64,000 bases of DNA, taken from the NCBI GenBank assembly GCA_003244255.1, contig QHCD01000067.1, forward strand, positions 2,749 to 66,748, read 5' to 3'. Both the position numbers and the translations under genes were made by a program. Of this stretch, positions 25,884 through 34,949 are shown one piece after another. Numbering within the stretch: the stretch's first letter is position 1; every line of letters begins with the position of its first letter. The DNA is from Pseudonocardiales bacterium (GTDB lineage Bacteria > Actinomycetota > Actinomycetes > Mycobacteriales > QHCD01). The notes below the pieces were generated by a model, which was given only the letters and a program-made list of their open reading frames with translations, was not told where the DNA came from and searched no databases.

Positions 25884-27107
25884 TTAAAGCTGCACGCCGA
25901 GCAGCGCGTCGGCGATGTCGCGCACCAGCGCCGGGGCCGGGGCGTCGGATCCGCCGGCGGCCAGCACGGCGTCCGCCCAGGCGTCGATCGCCGCGAGCGC
26001 GCGCGGCGAGTCGAGATCGTCGGCCAGGGCCGCACGCACCTGGTCCAGCACGCCCTTCGCACTCGGCCCGCTCGGGTGCGTCGCCGCCTTCCGCCAGCGC
26101 TGCAGCCGGAACACGGCGGCGGCGAGCACGTCGTTGCGCCAGTCGCAGTCGGCGCGGTAGTCGCCGGCGAGCAGGGCCAGCCGGATCGCCGAGGGGTCGA
26201 CGCCACCTGACCGCAGCGCGCTGACGAAGGCCAGGTTGCCGCGGCTCTTGGACATCTTCTCCCCGTTCAGCCGGGTCATGCCGACGTGGGAGTAGCACCG
26301 GGCGAACGGGCGCTCGCCGGTGAGCACCTCGGCGTGCGCGGCCGACATCTCGTGGTGCGGGAACACCAGATCGCGGCCGCCGCCCTGCACGTCGACGGTC
26401 GATCCCAGCGCATCGATCGCGATGACGGCGCACTCGATATGCCAGCCCGGGCGGCCGGGGCCGAGCGGCGACGGCCACGACGGCTCGCCGGGTCGCGCCG
26501 CGCGCCACAGCAGCGGATCGAGCGGGTTCTTCTTTCCGGCCCGGTCGGGATCGCCACCGTTCTCGCCGAAGACCCGCAACATCGCGGCCGCGTCCAAGTG
26601 CGACTCGTAGCCGAACTCCGGGGCGGCACCGACGCAGAAGTACACGTCGTCGTCGACCGGGTAGGCGGCACCGGATCCGACCAGTCGGGCGATCTCCTCG
26701 GCGATGCGCGGGATCGCCTCGACCGCGCCGACGTAGTGATCCGGCGGCAGCGCCCGCAGCGCCGCCATGTCGTCGCGGAAGAGCTGCGTCTGCCGGGCGG
26801 CCAGGTCCTCCCACTTCTCGCCGTCACGCTCGGCGCGCTCCAGCAGGGGGTCGTCGACATCGGTGACGTTCTGCGCGTAACGCACCGTGATTCCGGCGTC
26901 CCGCCAGGCCCGGTTCAGCAGGTCGAAGGCGAGATACGTTGCGGCGTGGCCGATGTGGGTGGCGTCGTAGGGGGTGACACCGCAGACGTAGAGCCGCGCT
27001 GCGTCGCCGCTGACGGCGACCCGGGAGCCCGTCGCCGTGTCGTGCAGCGCCGGGACGCTCCCCCGGCCCGGCAGCCGCGGCACGTCCGGTGCCGGCCAGG
27101 AGCGCAT
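25884..27107 (-). CDS. mshC: Cysteine--GlcN-Ins ligase (mycothiol synthesis)
   Basis: [31 protein letters not shown]. Confidence 0.96.
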   Translation of the reverse strand: MRSWPAPDVPRLPGRGSVPALHDTATGSRVAVSGDAARLYVCGVTPYDATHIGHAATYLAFDLLNRAWRDAGITVRYAQNVTDVDDPLLERAERDGEKWEDLAARQTQLFRDDMAALRALPPDHYVGAVEAIPRIAEEIARLVGSGAAYPVDDDVYFCVGAAPEFGYESHLDAAAMLRVFGENGGDPDRAGKKNPLDPLLWRAARPGEPSWPSPLGPGRPGWHIECAVIAIDALGSTVDVQGGGRDLVFPHHEMSAAHAEVLTGERPFARCYSHVGMTRLNGEKMSKSRGNLAFVSALRSGGVDPSAIRLALLAGDYRADCDWRNDVLAAAVFRLQRWRKAATHPSGPSAKGVLDQVRAALADDLDSPRALAAIDAWADAVLAAGGSDAPAPALVRDIADALLGVQL

Positions 27108-27156
27108 GCCGCTCAGCGTACCGACGGTGGATGACCGCAGAGGGGCTGGCGTGGAC

Positions 27157-27924
27157 TCAGAACGCGGGCCACGGCACGGGCGGCCACTCCTCGGACGGCT
27201 CGGGGTGCCGGCCGCTGGCGAGCAGGCGATCGACCCTGCGCACCGTCCGGCGCACCTCCGCACCGGTGAGCAGGGACGCGAGCTGCTCGCCCAGGGTGCC
27301 GTCGAGATCGGCGCGCAGGGCGTGCAGGGTCTCCCGTGCCGATCCGGTCAGCCGGTCGCCGGCCCAGCGCCATAGCACGGTGCGCAGCTTGGGCTCGGTG
27401 GCGAAACAGACGCCGTGGTCGACGCCGTAGACGTGGCCGTCGGGCATCGGGAGCAGGTGGCCGCCCTTGCGGTCGGCGTTGTTCACGACGGCGTCGAACA
27501 CCGCCATCCGCCGCAGCGCGGGACTGTCGGACTGCACCAGCTGCACCGGATCGACGGTCTCGTCGACGTCGATCCACAGCTGCACCATGCCGCGCCCGTA
27601 CGGGCCGTCCTCGCGCAGCACCGTCGGCGGCACGATCGCCCAGCCGGTGGCGGCCGAGACCGCATATGCCGCGACCTCGCGCTCGGCGAGCGTGCCGTTC
27701 GGGAAGTCCCACAGCGGGCGTTCGCCGCGCACCGGCTTGTACACGCACGGGAACGACGCATCCGGTGTGTAGACCGTGCAGTAGAGAGTGACGTTGCTGG
27801 CGTCGACCAGCCGTCCCTCCATCTCGATGGTGCCGATCGACAGCGCCTCCAGCGCCGTGTCGACCTCGGCCGCGATGCCGTGCGGGCCCGGTCCGGGCTC
27901 ACGACGAGGGACGGCGGATGTCAC
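27157..27924 (-). CDS. SCO1664-family kinase-like protein
   Basis: [27 protein letters not shown]; conserved next to mshC. Confidence 0.9.
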   Translation of the reverse strand: MTSAVPRREPGPGPHGIAAEVDTALEALSIGTIEMEGRLVDASNVTLYCTVYTPDASFPCVYKPVRGERPLWDFPNGTLAEREVAAYAVSAATGWAIVPPTVLREDGPYGRGMVQLWIDVDETVDPVQLVQSDSPALRRMAVFDAVVNNADRKGGHLLPMPDGHVYGVDHGVCFATEPKLRTVLWRWAGDRLTGSARETLHALRADLDGTLGEQLASLLTGAEVRRTVRRVDRLLASGRHPEPSEEWPPVPWPAF

Positions 27925-27936
27925 CGCACCGAGCAG

Positions 27937-28491
27937 TCAGTGCGCACGGCGGTAGCCGTTCTGCCGCGGGCAGACATGGCCGGCCGCCTCCAACGGCATG
28001 CCACAGAGCGGGCAGTTCGGCCGGCCCGCGGCGATCACCCGGCGGGCGCGGTCGACGAACGCCAGCGCGGTGGTGGTGGTGATCCGCACCCGGAGCACGT
28101 CGGGTCCGTCCTCGACGTCCTCGAGAATGGTGGCCTCGTCGACCGGCTCGTCGGTGGCTGCCTGTGCCTCGACGACGATGCGCTCAGCCTCCTCGTCCCA
28201 GGCGAGCCCCATCGCGCCGACCCGGAACTCCTCGTCCACCGGCGAATCCAGCGGCTCCAGGTCCTCGGCCGTCGACACCGGCGGGTCATCGCCGCCGAGG
28301 CGCCGGTACACCTCAGTCACCAGCTCAGCGAGCCGGTCGGCCAGCAGCTTCACCTGGACCTTCTCCAGCGCCACGCTGGTGGTCCTGCCGTCACCGCTCG
28401 CCTGCAGGTAGAATGTGCGGTCGCCCGGATCGCCCACCGTGCCGGTCACGAATCGCTGCGGCGGGTCGAAATAGAACACCTGGCGGGCCAT
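27937..28491 (-). CDS. DUF3090 family protein
   Basis: RFVTGTVG.PG.RTFYLQA, LEKVQV, GRPNCPLC...HVCPRQNG. Confidence 0.9.
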   Translation of the reverse strand: MARQVFYFDPPQRFVTGTVGDPGDRTFYLQASGDGRTTSVALEKVQVKLLADRLAELVTEVYRRLGGDDPPVSTAEDLEPLDSPVDEEFRVGAMGLAWDEEAERIVVEAQAATDEPVDEATILEDVEDGPDVLRVRITTTTALAFVDRARRVIAAGRPNCPLCGMPLEAAGHVCPRQNGYRRAH

Positions 28492-28511
28492 GTTCTGAGC
28501 CTAACGTCCGC

Positions 28512-29198
28512 TTACCGACCGGCACCGCCCCCGACGGCGGCGTCGGCCGGGCGCCTCTTGCGCCGCCGGCGCTTGGGCGGGATCAGCGCGCGCACGTCAC
28601 CCCCGGTGTCGTTCACCCGCACCACGAACGGGCGGGTATCGGTGTAGGTCACCACCGATACCGAGCAGGGATCGACGACGATGCGCTGGAACAGGTCCAG
28701 ATGCAGGCCGAGCGCGTCGGCCAGGATCGACTTGGCGACGTCGGCATGGGTGCACGCGGCGTAGATGGCGTCCGGGCCGAGGCTGGCGTTCCATGCGCGC
28801 ACCGCGGCCACCGCCCGCGCCTGCACGGCGGCCAGCCCCTCGCCGTCGGGGAACACCGCGGCCGATGGATGCGCCTGCACCACCTTCCACACCGGTTCGC
28901 GGGTCAGCTCCTTTAACGTGCGCCCGGTCCAGGAGCCGTACCGCACCTCACCGAACCGCTCGTCGGTGGCCACGGCGAGCCCGTCCCTGTTCTCGGCGAT
29001 CCCCGCCGCGGTCTGCTGGCAGCGATCGAGTGGGCTCGCGACGACGGCGGCGAGCGGAACCGGCCGGAGTCGTTCCGCCAGCGCCCGCACCTGCTCACGG
29101 CCGACGTCGTCGAGCCCGACGCCCGGCGTCCAGCCCGCGAGCACGCCACCGGTGTTCGCGGCGGTGCGGCCGTGTCGGATCAGCAGCAGGGTCGTCAT
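28512..29198 (-). CDS. Histidine phosphatase (MSMEG_4193 family)
   Basis: LIRHG, SPLDRC, HLDLFQR. Confidence 0.9.
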   Translation of the reverse strand: MTTLLLIRHGRTAANTGGVLAGWTPGVGLDDVGREQVRALAERLRPVPLAAVVASPLDRCQQTAAGIAENRDGLAVATDERFGEVRYGSWTGRTLKELTREPVWKVVQAHPSAAVFPDGEGLAAVQARAVAAVRAWNASLGPDAIYAACTHADVAKSILADALGLHLDLFQRIVVDPCSVSVVTYTDTRPFVVRVNDTGGDVRALIPPKRRRRKRRPADAAVGGGAGR

Positions 29199-29265
29199 GG
29201 TTCTACGAGGGTAGTCAGCGCGGGTCGGCACGCCGCGGGTCGATCGGATGCGGTAGGACGGCGCC

Positions 29266-30198
29266 ATGGCATCCGAGACCCGACGCACGGTCGTCATCGC
29301 ACTGGGCATGAACGCGGTGATCGCGGCGGCGAAGCTCGTCGTCGGGCTGCTGTCCGGTTCGAGCGCGATGCTCTCCGAGGCAGCGCACTCGGTGGCCGAC
29401 ACCACCAACGAGCTGTTTCTGCTCGCGTCGTTGCGGCGCAGCGCCCGCACGCCGGACTCCGACCATCCGTTCGGATACGGCAAGGAGCAGTTCTTCTGGT
29501 CGCTGCTCGCCGCCGTCGGGATCTTCGTATCCGGCGCGGTGTTCTCGATCTACCAGGGCGTCACCGGCCTGGTGCATCCCGGCGGCGAGCACGGCGGCGA
29601 GCTGCTGATCTCCTATGCCGTCCTGCTGGTCTCGTTCATCGCCGAGGGCGCGTCGTGGTGGACGGCGGTCACGCAGCTGCGTACCGAGGCACGTGCAACC
29701 GGTCGCGGCATGTTCGAGCACCTGCGCCGCAGTTCTGACCCGACGCTGAAGACGGTGTTCTCCGAGGACTCGGCGGCTCTCGCCGGCCTGCTGCTCGCCG
29801 CCGCCGGCATCGGCCTGCACGCGATCACCGGCTCGGCGCGCTGGGACGCGGCCGGGGCGCTCGCGATCGGCGCGCTGCTCGCCGTGGTCGCGATCGGTCT
29901 CGGCCGGGACACCAAGGAGCTGCTGATCGGCGAGGCGGCCGATCCGGAACTGCGGCAGGCTCTCGCGGCGGAGCTCGCGGCCGAGCCGGAGGTGAACGCC
30001 GTCGTCGAGCTGCTCACCATGCAACTCGGAGCCGATCAGCTGCTCGTCGCCGCTCGGCTCGATCTCGCGGACGGGCTGGATTCCGATGCGATCGAGGCAT
30101 TCGCGGCGCGCATCGACGCCGGCCTGCAACACCGGCACGCCCAGGTGACCCAGGTGTTCCTCGATCCGACGGGGGCGCGAAAGTTCAGGTCGCGGTGA
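29266..30198 (+). CDS. Cation diffusion facilitator transporter
   Basis: SEAAHSVADT, HPFGYGKE, EDSAA. Confidence 0.92.
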   Translation: MASETRRTVVIALGMNAVIAAAKLVVGLLSGSSAMLSEAAHSVADTTNELFLLASLRRSARTPDSDHPFGYGKEQFFWSLLAAVGIFVSGAVFSIYQGVTGLVHPGGEHGGELLISYAVLLVSFIAEGASWWTAVTQLRTEARATGRGMFEHLRRSSDPTLKTVFSEDSAALAGLLLAAAGIGLHAITGSARWDAAGALAIGALLAVVAIGLGRDTKELLIGEAADPELRQALAAELAAEPEVNAVVELLTMQLGADQLLVAARLDLADGLDSDAIEAFAARIDAGLQHRHAQVTQVFLDPTGARKFRSR

Positions 30199-31006
30199 TC
30201 GTGCCGTTGGCGAGCAACGCGAACAGCACGACGCCGAGCACCACCCGATACGCGACGAACACGCCGGTGCTGTGCCGGGTCAGGTACCGCAGCAGCCAGT
30301 GGATCGACGCGATGCCGACGATGAACGCGAGCACGGCGGCGAGCCCCGTGACACCCATTCCCGGGCCGCCGGACTTGCCGACGTCCTTCAGCTCGTAGCC
30401 GCCCGACAGCACGACGGCGGGGATCGACAGCAGGAACGAGAACCTGGCCGCGGCGGTGCGCTCGAGTCCGCGGAACAGGCCGGCGGTTATCGTGGCGCCC
30501 GATCGGGAGACGCCTGGCACCAGAGCCGCGGACTGCGCCACGCCGATGAGCAGGCCGTCACGCAGCCGGAGGTCGTCCTCGCCGCGGTCGCGGTGCCCGA
30601 CGCGTTCGGCGAGCAGCAGGATCAGGCCGACGAACGTCATCGTGCTCGCGATCAGCCACAGGTTGCGGGCGCCGTGGTTGATCTGATGGTTGAAGGCCAG
30701 GCCGAGGATGCTGATCGGGATCGTCGCGAAGATGACGTACCACGCCATCCGGTACTCCGCCGTGTGCCGGACCGAGCGGTCGAAGATGCCGCGCACCCAC
30801 GCCGCGACCAGATGCACGATCTCTCGCCAGAAGTAGATGACGACGGCGAGCATCGTGCCCAGCTGGACGACGGCGGTGAACGCGGACCCGGGGTCCTTCC
30901 AGCCGGCCAGCGCCGGGACGATGCGCAGGTGGGCACTGCTGGAGACCGGCAGGAACTCCGTCAGACCCTGGACGACGCCGAGCGCGGCGGCCTCGCCGAC
31001 GTTCAC
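30185..31006 (-). CDS. uppP: Undecaprenyl-diphosphate phosphatase
   Basis: QGLTEFLPVSSSAH, PGVSRSGATI, FSFLLSIP. Confidence 0.96.
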   Translation of the reverse strand: MNVGEAAALGVVQGLTEFLPVSSSAHLRIVPALAGWKDPGSAFTAVVQLGTMLAVVIYFWREIVHLVAAWVRGIFDRSVRHTAEYRMAWYVIFATIPISILGLAFNHQINHGARNLWLIASTMTFVGLILLLAERVGHRDRGEDDLRLRDGLLIGVAQSAALVPGVSRSGATITAGLFRGLERTAAARFSFLLSIPAVVLSGGYELKDVGKSGGPGMGVTGLAAVLAFIVGIASIHWLLRYLTRHSTGVFVAYRVVLGVVLFALLANGTITAT

Positions 31007-32064
31007 GCCGCCAGCCCGGCGCGCTCGAACGCCTCGGCCACGGCGCGCACGGCGGCTATCCGACCCTGCGCCGTCCGCGCCTGCGGCAGCACAGATAGCG
31101 TGGTGACACCGGCCTCGGCGTAGGCCTGCAGCCGCTCGGTCAGCAGATCGGGCGGGCCGGCCAGCGACGTAGCCGCGATGAACTCGGCCGGTATCGCGGC
31201 GGCGGCCGCAGCCGGGTCGCCGGCCAGGAACAGATCGCGAACCGTGTTCGCCGCAGTGGCGAAGCCCATCCGGGCGGCGTGGTCGGTGTAGAAGTTCTGC
31301 GCCCGGCTGCCCATCCCGCCGAGGTAGAGCGCGGCGTGCGCGCGGATCTGATCGACGGCGCTGCCGGCGTCCTCGTCGAGGACCAGCGGCACTGTGGCGA
31401 CGACGTCGAACCGGTCGGTGGACAGGCCCGCCCAGCGGCGACCCTCGGCGATCGCTGCCAGCGGCTCCGCGGCGTGCTCGGGTGAGAAGAACAACGCGAG
31501 CCAGCCGTCGGCAATCTCGCCGGCCAGCCGCAGGTTCTTCGGACCGAGCGCCGCGAGGTAGACGGGTATGTGGTCACGCACCGGGTGTATCGCCAGGGCG
31601 AGCGCCTTGCCGGGACCGCCCGGCAACGGCAGCTGGTAATGCCGCCCGTCGTGCCGCACCGGCTCGCGGCGCAGCGCCCGGCGGACGATCTCGACGTACT
31701 CGCGGGTGCGGGCCAGCGGGGAGCCGAAGCCGACGCCGTACCACCCCTCGGAGACCTGCGGCCCGGATACGCCGACGCCGAGTCGGAATCGCCCGCCGGA
31801 CAGCGCATCGAGGGTCGCCGCCGTCATCGCCGTCGAGGCCGGTGCACGAGCCGGGATCTGCATCACGGCGCTGCCGATGTCGATCCGGGTGGTCTGCGCC
31901 GCCAGCCAGGCGAGCACGGTCGGCGCATCGGATCCATACGCCTCGGCCACCCATACGACGGCGTAACCCAGCCGCTCGGCCTCCCGGGTGAGCTCGAGGT
32001 CGGCGGCGGCTCGGGCCGCCACGTTCGCACCGGAGAGGAAGCCGAGGTTGAGCCCGAGCTGCAT
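31003..32064 (-). CDS. LLM-class (probably F420-dependent) oxidoreductase
   Basis: AEAYGSD, SGGRFRLGVGVSGPQVSEGW, GEIADGW. Confidence 0.9.
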   Translation of the reverse strand: MQLGLNLGFLSGANVAARAAADLELTREAERLGYAVVWVAEAYGSDAPTVLAWLAAQTTRIDIGSAVMQIPARAPASTAMTAATLDALSGGRFRLGVGVSGPQVSEGWYGVGFGSPLARTREYVEIVRRALRREPVRHDGRHYQLPLPGGPGKALALAIHPVRDHIPVYLAALGPKNLRLAGEIADGWLALFFSPEHAAEPLAAIAEGRRWAGLSTDRFDVVATVPLVLDEDAGSAVDQIRAHAALYLGGMGSRAQNFYTDHAARMGFATAANTVRDLFLAGDPAAAAAAIPAEFIAATSLAGPPDLLTERLQAYAEAGVTTLSVLPQARTAQGRIAAVRAVAEAFERAGLAA

Positions 32065-32286
32065 CCGCGCTCCTGTTCTCCGACTCGACCTGATGCGACG
32101 GGAACCGGCGGCCGCCGATTCGACACCCTAATGGCCTCGCCGCTTCCTACGTCGGAGGCGGGATAGATCGAGAAGTCCGACGGGCAGGGGCGTCTGCTGC
32201 AGCCGCCCGGTGGAGCAGGACTGGAGGTCCACCGCGAGACGCTTTTGACGTCCTCTCCGGTCTGAAGGCCGGAGATTCCGGTTCGG

Positions 32287-32860
32287 CTACGCCGCACTCC
32301 GGGTGGTTCCTACTTCCTCACCTTGTGCCTCCGTTTCCGGAGGTCTTATCGAGGCTCCACAGGCGTTTAGCCTCTCCGCCCGTCCGGCGGCGAGGATGTT
32401 GATAGCGGCGTTGCGGTCCCGGTCGTGCGTGGCCTGACAGGCTGGACTCCGACCACTGCCTGATCTTCAGCGGCAGCTCGCCGAGGATGTACCCGCATGA
32501 CGAGCAGGTCTTCGAGCTGGGCAGCCACCGGTCCACGGTGCACGGTGCGGACGTAGCGTTCGGCCTTCTCCGTGATGAGCCGCACGAACTGGCTCCACCC
32601 CGCATCTGCGATCGCGCGGGCGAGTCGCCGGTTGCCGAGAATGCCCGCCACGTTGAGGTCCTCGACGTGGATCACTTGGTTCTCGCGAACCAGCCGAAGC
32701 GCCTGCTTGTGGTGATAGTCCCGCCGTGCCCGGGCGACCTTGCCGTGCTGCACGGCCACGTGGTGTCGGGTCTTGCTCCTGTTCTTCGACCCCTTCTGGC
32801 GGCGGGACTTCTCTCGTTCCAGCCTGGCGAGCCTCCGCAGCTTGCGCTGCAGATGCGCGG
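32287..32860 (-). pseudogene. tnpB: TnpB C-terminal half with two frameshifts
   Basis: SRRQKGSKNR, VIHVEDLN, SSKTCSSCG, HDRDRNAAINIL spread over three frames; RuvC-I absent. Confidence 0.9.
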
Positions 32861-32871
32861 AAACCGGGGTA

Positions 32872-33249
32872 TCACCTTCCAACTGCGGACGGCGGTCGGC
32901 GGGGAGCGGCGATCCAGGCGACTGCTGAGACGGCCGTCACGACCGCGCCCAGCGCGCCGTAGCCGGTTAGCGCGGCAATGGCGAGTGCGAGACAGCCAAG
33001 CGCCAGCGGCACCGAGGCGAGCCGCCACCACCGCGGATCAAGACGCCGTGTGGTGGCGAGCGTGTAGAGGATGAGGCCCGCTGCTGCCAGCGCGAGGGCG
33101 TACTTGCCCAGCCCCAGGATGCCGCTTCGGGGCGCCTCACTCCACGGGAGTATCGCCCCGATGCAGATCGCGAGCATTGGCCACAGTGGTCGCCGCAGGA
33201 CGCCTGTCCTGTCTGAACGGCCGGCGTTGTTCTTGTTCTGAACCTTCAC
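32872..33249 (-). CDS. Small multi-pass membrane hypothetical protein (IS cargo)
   Basis: About four hydrophobic segments; start uncertain (ORF open to 33474). Confidence 0.5.
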   Translation of the reverse strand: MKVQNKNNAGRSDRTGVLRRPLWPMLAICIGAILPWSEAPRSGILGLGKYALALAAAGLILYTLATTRRLDPRWWRLASVPLALGCLALAIAALTGYGALGAVVTAVSAVAWIAAPRRPPSAVGR

Positions 33250-33542
33250 GGTGAAAGTACCGCTGGATCGGCGTGGTTGAGCTCTTGTCGCGAGTCGCCG
33301 CTTCCCCGAAGCGTGTGGCAGGCGATGTCCGGCTGATTTGCCTGACTGTCGCCCGTAGCGGAGTCCTCGTCCTCGTCGTCGAGGGCGGGTGAATGACTGT
33401 GTAGACGATCGTGGCCGCGTGTCATCCTCACATGGCCCATGATGACCTGGTTCGGCTCGATCTGGGAAGACCATCGAACCGGTCCGTCGAGAGCGGCTGA
33501 GCGCGCTAGGAACCGATTGGTCGGCAGCGGACAGGAATAGGT

Positions 33543-34017
33543 GTGGGGACGGTGGATGCGGTGCGCGGGCAGCGGGCGGGTCACAGCACGGATGTGGCTG
33601 CGTTCGCTGACCTGTTCGAGCGGCACAGCGCGGCGGTCTATAACCATTGCTTTCGGCGGATGGGCTCGTGGAGCATGGCCGAGGAGCTGATGGCCACGAC
33701 GTTCCTGGAGGCGTGGCGGTGTCGCCGGTCGATGCCGGCGGCTGCTGACGGAGTCCTGCCGTGGCTGCTGGCGGTCGCGAACAACGTCATGCGCAACACC
33801 CGCCGTTCTCGTCGGCGGTACGCGGCTGGACCTGGTCCTCGCCGCTCTTCCGCCGCGCCAGCGCGCCGTGCTCGTCCTACGCTATTACCAGGATCGAAGC
33901 GTCGCGGACACTGCTGAGACGCTTGGATGTACCTCGGCGACCGTGAGAAGCCAGACGACCCGGGCGCTCCGTACAGCGCGGAAGGTGCTCCTTGGACAAG
34001 GGACCCACCGAACGTGA
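33543..34017 (+). pseudogene. Chimeric or frameshifted ECF sigma factor (IS cargo)
   Basis: Region 2 AFADLFERH..AVYNHCFRR...TFLEAWR...PWLLAVA joined out of frame near 33825 to region 4 LPPRQRAVLVLRYY...TVRSQTTRAL. Confidence 0.8.
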
Positions 34018-34192
34018 GCTCCGGCGGTTGTTCCGCGAGGCTGCGTCGGCGTCGCTACCAGACCCCGACCTGAGCGACGAGCAACTTGCCGAGTTCGTGC
34101 GCGACCAAGCCAACGATCCAGACGTCCCCGATCGCGACGGCGACCGCCCCAGACCACGCCGCAAGCGTGTACGCCGCATGGGACGAGGGTAA
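33992..34192 (+). pseudogene. Possible anti-sigma N-terminal fragment
   Basis: TERELRRLFREAA overlapping the sigma stop, basic stretch, then ends with no TM segment. Confidence 0.35.
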
Positions 34193-34249
34193 ACATGTCC
34201 GCTTCAAAATTTGGCGATCGGAGTCCATGCGTCAGCAGGGTCCCGGCGG

Positions 34250-34285
34250 AGCCGGCTCGATGCGGTACCTGTAGCGGGCGAGCAC
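34250..34285 (-). pseudogene. tnpB: TnpB N-terminal stub
   Basis: GTG 34285 reads MLARYRYRIEP, resembling the HTH_OrfB_IS605 start YRYRIYP; divergent from tnpA. Confidence 0.75.
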
Positions 34286-34291
34286 ACCCAC

Positions 34292-34313
34292 ACGGTAGAA
34301 GGGACCACCGACG
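34292..34313 (-). promoter_or_regulatory. PafBC-like promoter CGTCGG-N10-TACCGT upstream of tnpB
   Basis: One mismatch to consensus; GTG 6 nt downstream. Confidence 0.5.
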
Positions 34314-34343
34314 ATTCCCGTCTACCGGCGAGGCCGGCACAGC

Positions 34344-34718
34344 GTGTCGGCGCTGCACGCCCATCTGGTATTCGTGACCAAGTACCGCCGCCCGGTTCTC
34401 GACGCCATGCTGCGCGTCTGCGAGCACACCATGCGTGAGGTGGCACGCGGGCTTGGTGCGGAGCTGTCTGAGTTCAATGGCGAGGCCGACCACGTGCACC
34501 TGCTGATCGCCTACCCGCCCACCCTGGCTTTGTCGGTGCTGGTGAACCGGCTCAAAGGCGTGTCCGCACGCGAGCTGCGCTACCAGTTCACCGGGCGCTG
34601 CAACCGCGCCCGGATGCGCGGGCACTTCTGGTCGCCGTCCTACTTCGCCATCTCCTGCGGCGGAGCGCCACTGACGATCATCAAGCAGTACATCGAGCAA
34701 CAGAACCGGCCCACCTGA
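34344..34718 (+). CDS. tnpA: IS200/IS605 Y1 HUH transposase
   Basis: HLVFVTKYRR, DHVHLL (HUH), FWSPSYF, IKQYIEQQ catalytic Tyr; N-terminus short. Confidence 0.92.
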   Translation: MSALHAHLVFVTKYRRPVLDAMLRVCEHTMREVARGLGAELSEFNGEADHVHLLIAYPPTLALSVLVNRLKGVSARELRYQFTGRCNRARMRGHFWSPSYFAISCGGAPLTIIKQYIEQQNRPT

Positions 34719-34779
34719 CGCCGCAACTCGATGCGCTAACCCCGCCCTGAACGACGAGGCTTGCGCGCTACGTTCCCTG

Positions 34780-34897
34780 GTCAATGCCCCGCCTCGCGGG
34801 GCAGAGTCGGCACTACCCCGCCTCGCGGGGCAGAGTCGGGCTCTGGCCCGTCCCATGGGGCAGAGACAAGGCGCGCGCAGAGACGTCCTCGGACCCC
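34780..34897. repeat. Right part of the REP-like repeat interrupted by the IS605 element; has an extra hairpin unit
   Basis: CCCCGCCTCGCGGGGCAGAGTCGG occurs twice, then GGGGCAGAGACAAGGCGCGCGCA matching about 17160-17240. Confidence 0.8.
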
Positions 34898-34949
34898 CCA
34901 TGGGGCGCCGCTGGGACACGGGTGTGGCGAGGACATTACGTTCGGCGTC

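Larger units (their letters stand above)
32245..34779 (-). mobile_element. IS200/IS605-family element (divergent tnpA and disrupted tnpB) carrying about 1.4 kb of foreign DNA
   Basis: Right-end hairpin TCTCCGGTC-TGAA-GGCCGGAGA with terminal TCAA (minus strand) at 32245; left-end hairpin near 34740-34760; TTGAC target at 34780-34784; removing the element restores the flanking repeat. Confidence 0.88.

Noticed and set aside
32287-34017. Functional nuclease-dead TnpB plus sigma factor as an RNA-guided transcription system
   Set aside because: tnpB lacks its N-terminal half and has two frameshifts; the sigma gene is out of frame and chimeric
34344-34897. tnpA as a REP-associated tyrosine transposase (RAYT)
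   Set aside because: It has IS605-type ends and a tnpB partner; the adjacent repeat is its insertion site
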